Shown here: piece after piece, positions 36,202 to 47,125 of the stretch | Position numbering within the stretch: position 1 is the stretch's first letter | Layout: the number at the start of each line of letters is the position of its first letter | The notes under the pieces: generated by a model | What the model saw: the letters and a program-made list of their open reading frames with translations, nothing else | Told to the model about the DNA's origin: nothing | The model's database searches: none | Program-made: the position numbers and the translations under genes | NCBI GenBank assembly: GCA_017458965.1 | Contig: JAFSZJ010000014.1 | Span: forward strand, 1-48,004 | Direction: 5' to 3' | DNA length: 48,004 nucleotides | From: Kiritimatiellia bacterium | GTDB lineage: Bacteria > Verrucomicrobiota > Kiritimatiellia > RFP12 > JAAYLN01

Positions 36202-38322
36202 ATGCCACAGGTTGCGGAAAAACCGAGAATTGACGCGAAGGGGACGGCTGACGCCGCCCTGGCCGAGCGTCTGTCCGCCATCCGCAACATCGGCATCATC
36301 GCGCACATCGACGCCGGCAAGACGACGACGACGGAGCGCATCCTCTTCTACACCGGCGTCTCGCACCGCATCGGCATCGTCGATGACGGCAACACGGTCA
36401 CCGACTGGATGGAGCAGGAGCGTGAGCGCGGCATCACAATCACGAGCGCGGCGATCACGTGCTCGTGGAAGGGCCGGGAGATCAACATAATCGACACCCC
36501 TGGCCACGTCGATTTCACGATCGAGGTCGAAAGGTCCCTGCGCGTCCTCGACGGCGCGGTGGCGGTCTTCTGCGCGGTCGGCGGCGTCCAGCCGCAGTCC
36601 GAGACGGTTTGGCGCCAGGCCGACCGCCACGGTGTCCCGCGCCTCGCCTTCGTGAACAAGATGGACCGCATGGGCGCGGACTTCAACCGCGTCGTCGGCG
36701 AGATCCGCGAGAAGCTTGGCGCCACTCCGGCGGTCATTGCCTTCCCGTGGGGAAGCTCGGAGACGTTCCAGGGGACGATTGACCTTCTCTCGATGAAGGC
36801 GCTCCGCTACTCCGAGGCCGACAACGGTTCGACAATTGAGACGCTCCCGATCCCATCCGAGCTCGCCGTGGAGGCCGAAAGGCGCCGCGCCGAGCTCGTG
36901 GAGCTCATAGCGGGCGACGACGAGGAGCTCATCGAGGCCTACCTCGAGAACCCCGACCTCTCGGCCGAGACGCTGATACCGGCGATCCGCCGCGCCACGA
37001 TTGCCGGCCGCGTCGTCCCGGTCTACTGCGGTTCATCGCTGCGCGACAAGGGCGTGCAGCCGCTTCTGGACGGCATAGTCGATTTCCTCCCGTCCCCTCT
37101 CGACCGCAAGGCCATCGAGGGCACTGACATCAAGACCGAGGCCTCGGTTTCGCGCGAGTGCACCGATCCGCTTCTGACTAGCCTCGTCTTCAAGATCGCG
37201 ACGGATGCCTTTGTCGGCCGCCTCTTCTTCGTGCGCGTCTATTCGGGCGTGATGAAGAAGGGCCAGAACGTCTTCAACCCGCGCACCCGCAAGCGCGAGC
37301 GGATCCTCCGCCTCGTGCGCCTCGCGGCGGACGAGAAGACCGATGTCGAGGAGCTTGCGGCCGGCGAGATCGGCGCGATAGTCGGCCTCAAGGGCGCGAC
37401 GACGGGCGACACGCTCTGCTCGGAGATGAAGCCGCTCGTGCTCGAAAGCATCACGGCGCCCGAGCCGGTGATGTTCATGGCGATTGAGCCGAAGTCGCGG
37501 GCCGACCGCGACAAGCTCTCCGAGGCGCTCGCCGAGCTGGCGGCCGAGGATCCAACCTGCGTCGTGCGCGAGGACGCGGAGAGCGGACAGACGATTTTGA
37601 GCGGCATGGGCGAGCTCCACCTCGAGATACTGGTGGACCGTCTCGGCCGCGAATTCCATGTGGCGGCCAACACCGGCAAGCCGATGGTCTCCTACTACGA
37701 GACCGTGACGGCGACCGGCGAGGGCGGTGCTGTCTTCGACAGGGAGATAGGCGGCAAGCGCTTCTACGCGGCCGTCACCGTCGAGGTCTCGCCGAGGAAG
37801 CGCGGGGAGGGGAGCGTGGTCGAGGCCAAGGAGGCCGCGCGCGTTCTCCCGCCGGAGCTCGCCGAGGCGGTGGAGCAGGGATTGCAGGACGGGATCGGCA
37901 CGGGTGTGCTGGCCCGGTATCCGATGATGGATCTCGCGGCGAAGGTCGTGAAAGTCGAAATGGGCGAGCCGGACAGCGCTTCGCCCGTCGCCTTCCGCAC
38001 CGCCGCCGTGATGGCGTTCCGGGAGGCGGCCGGCAAGGCCTCGCCCGAAATGCTCGAGCCGGTCATGCGGCTCACGATCGTCACACCGGCCGAGTCGGTC
38101 GGCGAAGTGATCGGCGACGTGAACGCGCGCCGCGGACAGGTGCGCGACATGGAGGAACGGGGCGGCACGAAGGTCGTGGACGCCGACGTTCCGCTCGCGG
38201 AGCTATTCGGCTACGCGACGGCAGTCAGGTCGCTCACGCGGGGACGCGCGAGCTACACGATGGAGCCGTCCGCGTTCGCGGTGGCGCCTCGGGCGGTAAA
38301 GGAACGGTTGTTGAACAGGTAG
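36202..38322 (+). CDS. fusA: elongation factor G
   Basis: [28 protein letters not shown] and NKMDR G-domain motifs. 706 aa. Confidence 0.95.
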   Translation: MPQVAEKPRIDAKGTADAALAERLSAIRNIGIIAHIDAGKTTTTERILFYTGVSHRIGIVDDGNTVTDWMEQERERGITITSAAITCSWKGREINIIDTPGHVDFTIEVERSLRVLDGAVAVFCAVGGVQPQSETVWRQADRHGVPRLAFVNKMDRMGADFNRVVGEIREKLGATPAVIAFPWGSSETFQGTIDLLSMKALRYSEADNGSTIETLPIPSELAVEAERRRAELVELIAGDDEELIEAYLENPDLSAETLIPAIRRATIAGRVVPVYCGSSLRDKGVQPLLDGIVDFLPSPLDRKAIEGTDIKTEASVSRECTDPLLTSLVFKIATDAFVGRLFFVRVYSGVMKKGQNVFNPRTRKRERILRLVRLAADEKTDVEELAAGEIGAIVGLKGATTGDTLCSEMKPLVLESITAPEPVMFMAIEPKSRADRDKLSEALAELAAEDPTCVVREDAESGQTILSGMGELHLEILVDRLGREFHVAANTGKPMVSYYETVTATGEGGAVFDREIGGKRFYAAVTVEVSPRKRGEGSVVEAKEAARVLPPELAEAVEQGLQDGIGTGVLARYPMMDLAAKVVKVEMGEPDSASPVAFRTAAVMAFREAAGKASPEMLEPVMRLTIVTPAESVGEVIGDVNARRGQVRDMEERGGTKVVDADVPLAELFGYATAVRSLTRGRASYTMEPSAFAVAPRAVKERLLNR

Positions 38323-38332
38323 CGGTGAAAGC

Positions 38333-38641
38333 ATGCAGAGTCAGCGCATACGCATACGGTTGCAGGCCTACGATCACAAAGTGCTCGACCAGGCCGTCAC
38401 GAGCATAGTGGATACCGCCCGCGGGTCGGGCGCGAGGGTTGTGGGCCCGGTGCCCCTGCCGACGCGCATCGAGCGCTGGACGGTTAACCGCAGCCCCCAT
38501 GTGGACAAGAAGTCGATGGACCAGTTCGAGATGCGGACGCACAAGCGGCTGGTCGACATCGTCAGCCCGACCGCCAAGACGGTCGATGAGCTAAAGAAGC
38601 TCAACCTCCCGGCTGGCGTGGACATCTCCATCCGCATCTAG
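38333..38641 (+). CDS. rpsJ: 30S ribosomal protein S10
   Basis: [15 protein letters not shown]...[21 protein letters not shown]. Confidence 0.95.
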   Translation: MQSQRIRIRLQAYDHKVLDQAVTSIVDTARGSGARVVGPVPLPTRIERWTVNRSPHVDKKSMDQFEMRTHKRLVDIVSPTAKTVDELKKLNLPAGVDISIRI

Positions 38642-38654
38642 GCAGGAGGACGCG

Positions 38655-39281
38655 ATGAACGGACTTATCGGTAAGAAGGTCGGAATGACCCAGGTATGGG
38701 ACGCGGAGGGCCGCAGGGTCTCCGTGACCGTCCTCGAGGTCGGACCGTGCCCGGTGGTGCAGGTCAAGACGAAGGACAAGGACGGCTATGACGCCGTGCA
38801 GGTCGGATTCGGCGCGCAGAAGCCGCAGCGGCTCACCAAGGCCGTGCGGACGCGCTTCGAGAAGGCCGGCGCGCCGCCCTGCCGCATCCTCCGCGAGTTC
38901 GACGCCGAAGGCGACGCGCTCAAGCCGGGCGATTCGCTCGACGTGGGCGTCTTCGAGGGCGTCAAGCTCGTCGACGTGACGGCTACCTCCAAGGGCAAGG
39001 GCTTCGCGGGCGTCATGCGCCGCTACGGCATGGCCGGCGGCCCGATGACCCACGGCGGCCACAGCAAGCGCCGCATCGGTTCGATCGGCGAGCGCGACCT
39101 CCCGGGCTGGATCGCCAAGGGCAAGCGCATGCCAGGCCATCTGGGCGACGTCCAGGTGACGACGCGCAACCTCGCGGTCGTGCAGGTGCGCAAGGAGGAC
39201 AACGCCCTCCTCGTGCGCGGCGCGGTCCCCGGCGCGAACGGCTCGACGGTCATTGTCAGGAAAGCTCTCAAGAAGGCCTAA
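38655..39281 (+). CDS. rplC: 50S ribosomal protein L3
   Basis: LIGKKVGMTQVWD...; AGGAGGA Shine-Dalgarno upstream. Confidence 0.95.
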   Translation: MNGLIGKKVGMTQVWDAEGRRVSVTVLEVGPCPVVQVKTKDKDGYDAVQVGFGAQKPQRLTKAVRTRFEKAGAPPCRILREFDAEGDALKPGDSLDVGVFEGVKLVDVTATSKGKGFAGVMRRYGMAGGPMTHGGHSKRRIGSIGERDLPGWIAKGKRMPGHLGDVQVTTRNLAVVQVRKEDNALLVRGAVPGANGSTVIVRKALKKA

Positions 39282-39284
39282 GAG

Positions 39285-39926
39285 ATGAGCAAGATCAAGT
39301 CATACAACGGGCAGGGCGCGGCCGCCGCCGAGGTGGACTTCGCGGACGACCTCCTGGTCCTCGACAAGGGCGACCAGGCCGTCAAGGACGTCGTCGTCGC
39401 CACGATGAACGCGCTCCGCGCGGGCACGGCCTCCACGAAGGGCAAGGGCGAGGTCGCCGGCAGCAACAAGAAGCCCTGGAAGCAGAAGGGCACGGGCAAC
39501 GCCCGCGCCGGCTTCCGCCGTTCGCCGGTATGGCGCGGCGGCGGCATCGCGATGGGCCCCAAGCCCCGCTCCTACGACGTCAAGGTGAACCGCAAGGTCG
39601 CCAAGCTCGCCTTCGCCCACGCGATGAGCGAGCAGATCAAGGACGGCAAGGTCGTGGTCGTCGAGGCGCTTCCGCAGGACGGCAAGACCAAGACCGTGGC
39701 GGCCCTCATCAAGACGATGGGTCTGAAGGGGCGCGTCCTCTTCGTCACGGACAAGTACGACGAGAAGTTCCTCCTCGCGGTCCGCAACATCGAGAAGGCC
39801 GACGTGGCCACCGCCGCGCAGATCGACGTCTATTCGCTGCTTCTTGCGAAGACGATCGTCGCGACGAAGGCCGGCCTCGATGCAATCGCGGCCCGCATGC
39901 GCAGGACGACGGAGGTGGCTGAATGA
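39285..39926 (+). CDS. rplD: 50S ribosomal protein L4
   Basis: KPWKQKGTGNARAGFRRSPVWRGGG motif. Confidence 0.93.
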   Translation: MSKIKSYNGQGAAAAEVDFADDLLVLDKGDQAVKDVVVATMNALRAGTASTKGKGEVAGSNKKPWKQKGTGNARAGFRRSPVWRGGGIAMGPKPRSYDVKVNRKVAKLAFAHAMSEQIKDGKVVVVEALPQDGKTKTVAALIKTMGLKGRVLFVTDKYDEKFLLAVRNIEKADVATAAQIDVYSLLLAKTIVATKAGLDAIAARMRRTTEVAE

Positions 39927-40201
39927 AGCACGCAGGGATAATCAGGCGCGTACAGGTCTCGGAGAAGGGCACGATGCTCGCCGAGCAGAGCAGGTACCTC
40001 GTCGAGGTCGCGCCGGAAGCCAACAAGATCGAGATCCGCAAGGCGGTCGAGGATACCTTCGGCGTGCACGTCCTCGCGGTCAACACGCAGAACTACTCCG
40101 GCAAGAAGCGGATGCTCCGCAACCGCCGCGTGGTTCAGGGCAGCGACTGGAAGCGCGCGATCGTCACCTTGAAGGCGGGCGAGCGCATCGAGGCGATCTA
40201 A
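39923..40201 (+). CDS. rplW: 50S ribosomal protein L23
   Basis: The ATG overlaps the rplD stop (ATGA). EANKIEIRKAVEDTFGV...KRAIVTL. Confidence 0.9.
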   Translation: MKHAGIIRRVQVSEKGTMLAEQSRYLVEVAPEANKIEIRKAVEDTFGVHVLAVNTQNYSGKKRMLRNRRVVQGSDWKRAIVTLKAGERIEAI

Positions 40202-40222
40202 ACGCCCGGGAGGCAACTGGAA

Positions 40223-41047
40223 ATGGGTCTTAAGTCATACAAGCCGAGGTCCGAGGGTCTGAGGGGACGCGTCTCCCAGGACCGCAAGGAACTCACCGCG
40301 CAGAAGCCCGAACGCGGCCTGACGCGGGCGGTCCGCAAGAGCGCCGGCCGCAACAACCAGGGCCGGATCACCACCCGCCACCACGGCGGCGGCGTGAAGC
40401 GCCGGTACCGCATAGTCGATTTCAGGCGCGACAAGGCGGGCATCCCCGCCCGCGTCGCGACGATCGAGTACGATCCCAACCGCAGCGCCAACATCGCGCT
40501 CCTGAACTACCTCGACGGCGAGAAGCGCTACATCCTCGCCCCCGAGGGGCTCAAGGTCGGTCAGCTCCTGCTCTCCGGCCCTGACGCCGAGCCCAGCGTC
40601 GGCAACGCCCTCCCGATCGGCAAGATCCCGGTCGGTCTGAGCGTCCACGCCATCGAGCTCGTCCCCGGAGCTGGCGCGCGCGTCGCCCGCAGCGCGGGCA
40701 TCTCGTGCCAGATCCAGGCGCGCGACGGACAGTACGTCCTTCTCCGGATGCCATCCGGCGAAGTGCGCCGCGTCCTCGCGAACTGCCTCGCCACGGTCGG
40801 CGTCGTCGGCAACGGCGACTGGGAAGGCGTCAAGCTCGGCAAGGCCGGGCGCAAGCGCCTCATGGGCATCCGCCCGACCGTCCGCGGCGTCGCGATGAAC
40901 CCTGTCGACCACCCGATGGGCGGCGGCGAAGGCCGCACGAGCGGCGGTTCGCACCCGCGCTCCCCGTGGGGCAAGCTCGCCAAGGGCGGCAAGACCCGCA
41001 AGCCGCGCAAGGCGTCCTCGAAGCTCATCGTCAAGCGGAGGAAGTAA
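40223..41047 (+). CDS. rplB: 50S ribosomal protein L2
   Basis: [34 protein letters not shown]. Confidence 0.95.
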   Translation: MGLKSYKPRSEGLRGRVSQDRKELTAQKPERGLTRAVRKSAGRNNQGRITTRHHGGGVKRRYRIVDFRRDKAGIPARVATIEYDPNRSANIALLNYLDGEKRYILAPEGLKVGQLLLSGPDAEPSVGNALPIGKIPVGLSVHAIELVPGAGARVARSAGISCQIQARDGQYVLLRMPSGEVRRVLANCLATVGVVGNGDWEGVKLGKAGRKRLMGIRPTVRGVAMNPVDHPMGGGEGRTSGGSHPRSPWGKLAKGGKTRKPRKASSKLIVKRRK

Positions 41048-41050
41048 CAG

Positions 41051-41329
41051 ATGTCACGTTCCATCAAGAAGGGCCCCTACGTGGAGGCCAAGCTCCTCGC
41101 GAAGGCCGAGAAGGCGAAGCAGAGCCCCCGTCCGCAGCCGATCAAGACTTGGTCGCGCCGCTCGATGATCCTCCCGGACTTCGTCGGACTCACCTTCGCC
41201 GTGCACAACGGCAAGCAGCACGTCCCGGTCTTCGTCAACGAGAACATGGTCGGCCATCGGCTCGGCGAGTTCGCCCCGACCCGCATGTTCAAGGCCCACG
41301 GCGCCACGACCGTGAAGGTCACCAAGTAA
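41051..41329 (+). CDS. rpsS: 30S ribosomal protein S19
   Basis: [11 protein letters not shown]...[12 protein letters not shown]. Confidence 0.95.
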   Translation: MSRSIKKGPYVEAKLLAKAEKAKQSPRPQPIKTWSRRSMILPDFVGLTFAVHNGKQHVPVFVNENMVGHRLGEFAPTRMFKAHGATTVKVTK

Positions 41330-41342
41330 GGCGGTGCAGGCC

Positions 41343-41684
41343 ATGGAAGTATCAGCAATCACACGCAACGTGCGCCTCTCGGCCCAGAAGGGCCGCCCGC
41401 TGGCGCGCGAGGTGCAGGGCAAGCCGGTTGCCGAGGCCCTGAAGATCACGGCGTTCAGCCCCCTGAAGGCCGCGTTCCACCTCGAGAAGACGATCAAGTC
41501 GGCCGTCGCCAACGCGAGCAACAACGCGAACCTCGACGTCGATACGCTGCGGGTCAAGCTCGCGGTCTTCGACGAAGGCACGCGCATGCGCCGCCACTGG
41601 CCGCGCGCCCGCGGGTCGGCGAGCCCCATCGCCCGCCGCCTGTGCCATGTCAAGGTCGTCCTCACGGACGGCGCCATCGCTTAA
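41343..41684 (+). CDS. rplV: 50S ribosomal protein L22
   Basis: [30 protein letters not shown] 41343 is preferred over GTG 41334. Confidence 0.9.
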   Translation: MEVSAITRNVRLSAQKGRPLAREVQGKPVAEALKITAFSPLKAAFHLEKTIKSAVANASNNANLDVDTLRVKLAVFDEGTRMRRHWPRARGSASPIARRLCHVKVVLTDGAIA

Positions 41685-41700
41685 AGGAAGGAAGTCTACC

Positions 41701-42381
41701 TTGGGACAGAAAGTCAATCCGATCGGCTTCCGGGTCGCGCTCGACAAGCAATGGCGCTCCCGGTGGTTCAGCGGCAAGAAGCAGTTCGGCGCTTTGCTCG
41801 CCGAGGACCTTGTCATCCGCGAGGCCGTCATCTCCAAGATGAAGGCGGCTGCGATAGCCAAGGTCGAGATCGAGCGCTACGCCAACCGCGTCCGCGTCAA
41901 CATCTACTCCGCCCGGCCCGGCATCATCGTCGGCAAGAAGGGCGGCATCGACGTCGATGAGGTCCGCAAGGATCTCGCGAAGAAGACCGGCAAGGAGATC
42001 TACCTCGAGATCCACGAGGTGCGCGACGCCGACGCGAACGCGCAGCTCGTCGCAGAGAACGTGGCCCAGCAGATCGAACGCCGCGTCGCACTTCGCCGCG
42101 CCCTCAAGCGCGCCCAGAAGGTCGCGATGGACATGGGCGTCGACGGGATCAAGATCCGCTGCAGCGGCCGTATCAACAACGCCGAGCTTTCGCGCGTCGA
42201 GTGGAGCCGCGAGGGCAAGGTCCCGCTGCACACGCTCCGCGCCAACATCGACTACGGCTTCGCGGAGGCCGACACCACCGCCGGCAAGATCGGCGTCAAG
42301 GTGTGGATCTGCAAGCGCGACGACTTCAAGCCGCGGATAAGCGGTCCGAACAGGAGGAAGAGCCATGCCCCTAATGCCTAA
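41701..42381 (+). CDS. rpsC: 30S ribosomal protein S3
   Basis: The conserved N-terminus (M)[11 protein letters not shown] begins at TTG 41701, preceded by AAAGGAAGGAAG. The ORF-track start 41647 would overlap rplV. Confidence 0.9.
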   Translation: MGQKVNPIGFRVALDKQWRSRWFSGKKQFGALLAEDLVIREAVISKMKAAAIAKVEIERYANRVRVNIYSARPGIIVGKKGGIDVDEVRKDLAKKTGKEIYLEIHEVRDADANAQLVAENVAQQIERRVALRRALKRAQKVAMDMGVDGIKIRCSGRINNAELSRVEWSREGKVPLHTLRANIDYGFAEADTTAGKIGVKVWICKRDDFKPRISGPNRRKSHAPNA

Positions 42382-42778
42382 AAGGGTCAAGTACCGCAAG
42401 CAGACCAAGGGGAGCCGCAAGGGCTTCGCGACCAGCGGCGCATCTCTCGCCTACGGCGACTACGGCATCAAGGCGCTTACGCGCGGCTGGCTGAAGAGCA
42501 CGCAGATCGAGGCGTGCCGCGTGGCCATCAACCGCGAGATGAAGCGCAAGGGCCGCCTCTGGGTGCGCGTGTTCCCGGACAAGCCCGTCACGAAGAAGCC
42601 CATCGAAGTCCGAATGGGCGGAGGCAAGGGCAACCCCGAGTTCTGGGTGTCCGTCATCCTCCCCGGCAAGATCATCTTCGAGGTCGGCGGCGTGCCCGAG
42701 GCCGTGGCGAGGGAGTGCCTGCGCATAGCGGACACCAAGCTCGGCATCCGCACGCAGCTCGTGTCGCGCGCCCGGTAG
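42365..42778 (+). CDS. rplP: 50S ribosomal protein L16
   Basis: [17 protein letters not shown]... The start is 42365 or 42374. Confidence 0.93.
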   Translation: MPLMPKRVKYRKQTKGSRKGFATSGASLAYGDYGIKALTRGWLKSTQIEACRVAINREMKRKGRLWVRVFPDKPVTKKPIEVRMGGGKGNPEFWVSVILPGKIIFEVGGVPEAVARECLRIADTKLGIRTQLVSRAR

Positions 42779-42810
42779 GTTCGCGTGGCCGACGTGAAAG
42801 GAGCCATCTT

Positions 42811-43014
42811 ATGAAGGCAAGGGAAATCAGGGAACTCGGAGCCGACGAACTCGCGCAGAAGATACGCGAGACATCCGCCGAGATCGCTTCCATGCGCATG
42901 CGCAAGGCCAGCGGCGTGGCGGTGGACGGCTACGGAAAGATCAGGGGCATGAAGCGCGACGTCGCGCGCATGCACACCATCCTCACCGAACGCGAACGCG
43001 GGGGGCAGAAGTAA
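42811..43014 (+). CDS. rpmC: 50S ribosomal protein L29
   Basis: [20 protein letters not shown], with GAAAGGAG Shine-Dalgarno. Embedded in ORF 42514..43014. Confidence 0.9.
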   Translation: MKAREIRELGADELAQKIRETSAEIASMRMRKASGVAVDGYGKIRGMKRDVARMHTILTERERGGQK

Positions 43015-43298
43015 TGAGCGAGGAAGCGAAGGAAGCCCGCGGGGTGCGCAAGACGCGCGAGGGCGTGGTCGTGAGCCGCAGCGGCGACAAGGCCGTCGTG
43101 GTGATGGCCGAGCGCCGCATACCCCATCCGAAATACGGGAAGATCATCCGTCAGCGCAGGAAGTTCCATGCGCGTGACGACAACACCTGCAAGGTCGGCG
43201 ATCGCGTGAAGATCGAGGAGTGCCGCCCACTCTCGAAGACGATCCGCTGGCGCGTGCTGAAGGCCGCCGAGGCGGTCAAGGCGGAAGGAGCCGAGTAG
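43014..43298 (+). CDS. rpsQ: 30S ribosomal protein S17
   Basis: TAATG stop/start overlap; [14 protein letters not shown]...HPKYGK. Confidence 0.93.
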   Translation: MSEEAKEARGVRKTREGVVVSRSGDKAVVVMAERRIPHPKYGKIIRQRRKFHARDDNTCKVGDRVKIEECRPLSKTIRWRVLKAAEAVKAEGAE

Positions 43299-43300
43299 CC

Positions 43301-43666
43301 ATGATTCGCGAGCAGTCAAACCTCGTCGTCGCGGACAACACGGGCGCCAAGATAGCCCGTTGCTTCCGCGTCCTCGGCCAGCGCAAGGAGTTCGCCCACC
43401 TCGGCGACGTCATCCGCGTGTCCATACGCGAGGCGTCCCCGACGGGCGCGGTCAAGAAGGGCCAGGTCTGCACGGCGGTGATCATCCGCACCGCGCAGCC
43501 GATCCACCGCGCCGACGGTTCGTCCGTCAGCTTCGACCAGAACGCCTGCGTGATAGTCGACGGTAAGTTCAACCCGATCGGAACCCGCGTCTTCGGGCCT
43601 GTGGCCCGCGAGCTGCGCGATTCGGTCTGCGCGAAGGTCATCTCCCTCGCGCCGGAAGTGGTCTAG
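43301..43666 (+). CDS. rplN: 50S ribosomal protein L14
   Basis: [20 protein letters not shown] 43301 lies inside ORF 43220..43666. Confidence 0.95.
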   Translation: MIREQSNLVVADNTGAKIARCFRVLGQRKEFAHLGDVIRVSIREASPTGAVKKGQVCTAVIIRTAQPIHRADGSSVSFDQNACVIVDGKFNPIGTRVFGPVARELRDSVCAKVISLAPEVV

Positions 43667-43676
43667 GAGGAGCGGC

Positions 43677-43991
43677 ATGAGCATTGCCAGGATCAAGAAG
43701 GACGACACCGTGATGGTGATCTCCGGCGAGTACGCGGGCAAGACCGGCAAGGTCAGGTCCGTCTCCCCGAAGGACGGCACGGCCATCGTCGAGGGCGTGA
43801 ACATGCGCACCCACGCGGTGCGCCGCTCGCAGGAGAACACGGCAGGCGGCTTCGTCAAGGCCGAGGCGCCGATACGCCTCTGCAAGCTGATGCCGTACGA
43901 CCCCGACGCCAAGAAGGGCGTCCGGATAAGGCGCGTGAAGGAGGGCGACAAGTTCGTCCGCAAGTCCGCGAAGACGGGCCACGTGCTCTAG
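43677..43991 (+). CDS. rplX: 50S ribosomal protein L24
   Basis: KKDDTVMVISGEYAGKTGKV (KOW motif). Confidence 0.93.
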   Translation: MSIARIKKDDTVMVISGEYAGKTGKVRSVSPKDGTAIVEGVNMRTHAVRRSQENTAGGFVKAEAPIRLCKLMPYDPDAKKGVRIRRVKEGDKFVRKSAKTGHVL

Positions 43992-44001
43992 GAGGATATC
44001 G

Positions 44002-44544
44002 ATGGCCAATCTCAAGGATCTTTACAAGAGCGAGGTCGCCCCGGCGCTTCGCGAGAAGCTCGGCGTGACGAACCCGATGCTCGTCCCGCGCCTCACCAAG
44101 ATCGTCATCAACATGGGCTTCGGCATCGTCGAGAAGGACGTGCAGAAGAAGCTTGTGGACGAGCTCGCGGCGATAACGGGCCAGCACCCGATGCTCTGCA
44201 AGGCGCGGAAGAGCGTCTCCAACTTCAAGCTCCGCGAGGGCATGGTGGTTGGAGCCAAGGTCACTCTCCGCGGCGACCGGATGTACGAGTTCCTCGAACG
44301 CCTCACCCGCATCACGCTCCCGCGTATCCGCGACTTCCGCGGCATCCCCGGGCGCGGGTTCGACGGGCGCGGGAACTACACGTTCGGCCTCAAGGACCAG
44401 ACGACCTTCCCCGAGATCGACGCCACGCAGGTGCCGGTCGAGAAGGGCATGGACATCACGATCTGCACGACGGGCGACGACAAGTCCGCGCGTGTGCTCC
44501 TCGAGATGCTCGGCGTACCGTTCGCCGGGCGCAAGAACCGGTAG
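44002..44544 (+). CDS. rplE: 50S ribosomal protein L5
   Basis: [13 protein letters not shown]...[16 protein letters not shown]. Confidence 0.95.
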   Translation: MANLKDLYKSEVAPALREKLGVTNPMLVPRLTKIVINMGFGIVEKDVQKKLVDELAAITGQHPMLCKARKSVSNFKLREGMVVGAKVTLRGDRMYEFLERLTRITLPRIRDFRGIPGRGFDGRGNYTFGLKDQTTFPEIDATQVPVEKGMDITICTTGDDKSARVLLEMLGVPFAGRKNR

Positions 44545-44558
44545 CGGCAGGAGGGAAT

Positions 44559-44744
44559 ATGGCTAAGACATGTCTCATAGAGAAGGCCGCACGGCCCCCG
44601 AAGTTCAGCGCACGCGGCTACACCCGCTGCTCGCGCTGCGGCCGTCCGCGCTCCGTAATCCGCAAGTTCCAGCTCTGCCGCCTGTGCTTCCGCGAACTCG
44701 CGCTGACCGGGCAGATCCCCGGCGTCACGAAGGCCTCCTGGTAG
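44559..44744 (+). CDS. rpsN: 30S ribosomal protein S14, zinc-binding 61-aa type
   Basis: [23 protein letters not shown] (CxxC...CxxC). Confidence 0.93.
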   Translation: MAKTCLIEKAARPPKFSARGYTRCSRCGRPRSVIRKFQLCRLCFRELALTGQIPGVTKASW

Positions 44745-44768
44745 GCTAGGAAGGGCAGGTACCATACA

Positions 44769-45161
44769 ATGAGCATGACAGACCCGATCGCGGATATGCT
44801 CACCCGCATCCGCAACGCGCAGAAGGCCCGCCACGAGGAAGTCGAGATCCCGCTCTCGAAGATCAAGGCCGAGATGGCCCGCGTCATGAAGGAGTTCGGC
44901 TACATCTCGTCCGTCGCCGCGGATCCCGCCGCGCACACGATGACCCTCGGCCTCCGCTACACCAAGGAGGGCGAGCCCGTCATCCGCGGCCTCCGCCGCT
45001 ACAGCCGTCCCGGTCTCCGCCGCTACACGGCGGCCGCGGACATCCCGATGGTCCTCGGTGGCCTCGGGCACTCGATCATCAGCACCTCCAAGGGGGTCAT
45101 GGCCGGACGCCAGGCGCGCAAGCTCAACGTCGGCGGCGAGATCCTCTGCACGATCTGGTAG
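44769..45161 (+). CDS. rpsH: 30S ribosomal protein S8
   Basis: MTDPIADMLTRIRNA. Confidence 0.95.
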   Translation: MSMTDPIADMLTRIRNAQKARHEEVEIPLSKIKAEMARVMKEFGYISSVAADPAAHTMTLGLRYTKEGEPVIRGLRRYSRPGLRRYTAAADIPMVLGGLGHSIISTSKGVMAGRQARKLNVGGEILCTIW

Positions 45162-45194
45162 CCCCCGGGCCGCCGGCAACAAGGAACAACAGCA

Positions 45195-45734
45195 ATGTCG
45201 AAGATAGGAAAACAGCCGGTCGTCATCCCAGCCGGGGTGACCGTGACCGTTGACGGGCAGCGGCTGACCGTGAAGGGCCCCAAGGGCGAACTTTCGCGCG
45301 TCATACCCGACGGCATCACCGCGACGGTCTCCGATGGCAGGGTCGTCTACACCCGCGCGGACGACTCCCGCCCCCTGCGTAGCCTTCACGGCCTCTCCCG
45401 TACGCTCTGCGCCAACATGGTCCAGGGCGTCACGGCCGGATACAAGAAGGAACTCTCGATCGAGGGCACGGGCTTCAAGGCCCAGCTCCAGGGCCAGACG
45501 CTCCTCCTCTACCTAGGGTTCGCCTCCGCCAAGGAGTACAAGATCCCGGCCGGCATCACGGCCACCGTCAACAAGGACGGCGTGATCGTCGGCGTCGAGG
45601 GCTGCGACAAGGAGCTCGTCGGCCAGGCCGCCGCCCGCATCCGCAGCTACTACCCGGCCGAACCCTACAAGGGCAAGGGCGTCAAGTACGTCGGCGAAGT
45701 CATCCGCCGCAAGCAGGGCAAGAAGATGGCCTAG
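45195..45734 (+). CDS. rplF: 50S ribosomal protein L6
   Basis: MSKIGKQPVVIPAGVTV...YKGKGVKYVGE. Confidence 0.95.
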   Translation: MSKIGKQPVVIPAGVTVTVDGQRLTVKGPKGELSRVIPDGITATVSDGRVVYTRADDSRPLRSLHGLSRTLCANMVQGVTAGYKKELSIEGTGFKAQLQGQTLLLYLGFASAKEYKIPAGITATVNKDGVIVGVEGCDKELVGQAAARIRSYYPAEPYKGKGVKYVGEVIRRKQGKKMA

Positions 45735-45762
45735 CGCCGCCTGATAGGAGTTTCAACGCACT

Positions 45763-46131
45763 ATGAAGAACCGCATTGATCAGCGCCGCCTGCGCCACCA
45801 GCGCCTCCGTCAGAAGGTAAAGGGCACGGCCGCACGCCCCCGCATGGCCATCGCCATGTCCAACAAGAACATCAACGTCCAGTTCATCGACGACGACGCG
45901 GGCAACACCCTCGCCTCCTACTCGACCGTCGGGACCGACGCCAAGCTCAACATCGCGACCGCCAAGGACGCCGGCGCCAAGGCCGCCGAAGCCGCCCTCG
46001 CCAAGGGAATCTCCCTCGTGGTCGTCGACCGCGGCGGATTCAAGTACCACGGCCGCGTCAAGGAGCTCGTCGAGGCGGCAGTCGCCGCCGGGATCAAGAT
46101 CTCCGTCAAGAACGCAGAGGAGTCTAAGTAA
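45763..46131 (+). CDS. rplR: 50S ribosomal protein L18
   Basis: [20 protein letters not shown]...[16 protein letters not shown]. Confidence 0.93.
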   Translation: MKNRIDQRRLRHQRLRQKVKGTAARPRMAIAMSNKNINVQFIDDDAGNTLASYSTVGTDAKLNIATAKDAGAKAAEAALAKGISLVVVDRGGFKYHGRVKELVEAAVAAGIKISVKNAEESK

Positions 46132-46637
46132 TGGAACAGCGTGAACAGCGCGGACGCCGCGACGGCGCCGCCCCCCAGCAGGAAAACGAGTTTGACGAGC
46201 GCCTGGTCTTCATCAACCGCTGCTCGAAGGTCGTCAAGGGCGGCCGCCGCTTCAGCTTCTCCGCAGTCGTCGTCGTCGGCGACCGCGAGGGCCGCGTCGG
46301 CTTCGGCTTCGGCAAGGCCAACGAGGTCTCCGAGGCCATCCGCAAGGGCGGCGACGCCGCCCGCCGCGACATGATGACCGTCACCATGCGCGGACGCACC
46401 ATCCCGCACGAGGTCACCGGCGTCTCCGACGGCGGCCGCGTCCTCCTCAAGCCGGCGCCCGACGGCTCCGGCGTCATCTGCGGCGGCGGCATGCGCCCCG
46501 TCCTCGAGGCCGCCGGCGTCCGCGACGTCGTCGGCAAGTCGCTCGGCAGCAAGAACCGCCTCAACGTCGTCAAGGCCACCATTGAAGCCCTCAAGAAGCT
46601 CCGCTCGGCCGAGGAACTCGCGGCGGAACGCGCCTAA
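46131..46637 (+). CDS. rpsE: 30S ribosomal protein S5
   Basis: TAATG overlap with rplR; [24 protein letters not shown]. Confidence 0.95.
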   Translation: MEQREQRGRRDGAAPQQENEFDERLVFINRCSKVVKGGRRFSFSAVVVVGDREGRVGFGFGKANEVSEAIRKGGDAARRDMMTVTMRGRTIPHEVTGVSDGGRVLLKPAPDGSGVICGGGMRPVLEAAGVRDVVGKSLGSKNRLNVVKATIEALKKLRSAEELAAERA

Positions 46638-46648
46638 TGACATCAAAC

Positions 46649-46671
46649 GGGCCGGGCCACGCGCCCGGCCC
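46649..46671 (+). promoter_or_regulatory. stable GC hairpin (9-bp stem GGGCCGGGC/GCCCGGCCC, 5-nt loop) in the rpsE-rplO spacer
   Basis: Perfect inverted repeat read directly, with no U-tract afterwards. The AGGAG Shine-Dalgarno of rplO follows at 46675-46679. Confidence 0.55.
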
Positions 46672-46685
46672 CACAGGAGTTTAAA

Positions 46686-47123
46686 ATGGATCTCAGCACT
46701 CTCCACAACGAACCAGGCGCCCGCCACGCCGCCAAGCGCCGCGGCCGCGGCCACGCCTCCGGCCTCGGCAAGACCGCCGGACGCGGCAACAAGGGCCAGT
46801 TCTCCCGCAAGGGCCACAAGCACAAGGACTCCTTCGAAGGCGGCCAGATGCCCCTCATCCGCCGTCTCCCGAAGCGCGGCTTCAAGAACCCCGCCCGCTG
46901 CCCGTTCTTCGGCGTCAACGTCGGGACCCTCCAGGACAAGTTCCCCGCCGGAAGCGAAGTCACCCCGTGCGCCCTCGCGGACGCCGGCCTCGCCGATGGC
47001 TGCCGCGTCAAGATCCTCGGCACGGGCGACATCTCCGTCGCCCTCACCGTGAAGGCCAACGCCTTCTCGGCCTCCGCCAAGGCCAAGATCGAGGCCGCCG
47101 GCGGCAAGTGCGAAATAATTTAG
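46686..47123 (+). CDS. rplO: 50S ribosomal protein L15
   Basis: KRRGRGHASGLGKTAGRGNKGQ. Confidence 0.95.
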   Translation: MDLSTLHNEPGARHAAKRRGRGHASGLGKTAGRGNKGQFSRKGHKHKDSFEGGQMPLIRRLPKRGFKNPARCPFFGVNVGTLQDKFPAGSEVTPCALADAGLADGCRVKILGTGDISVALTVKANAFSASAKAKIEAAGGKCEII

Positions 47124-47125
47124 GA

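Noticed and set aside
38323-38332. Missing tuf between fusA and rpsJ as a possible assembly deletion
   Set aside because: The junction is a clean 10-nt spacer with intact flanking genes, and as I recall this layout occurs in some bacterial lineages.
41647-41700. ORF-track start at 41647 for rpsC
   Set aside because: It overlaps the end of rplV. The universally conserved S3 N-terminus starts at TTG 41701, which has a strong Shine-Dalgarno.
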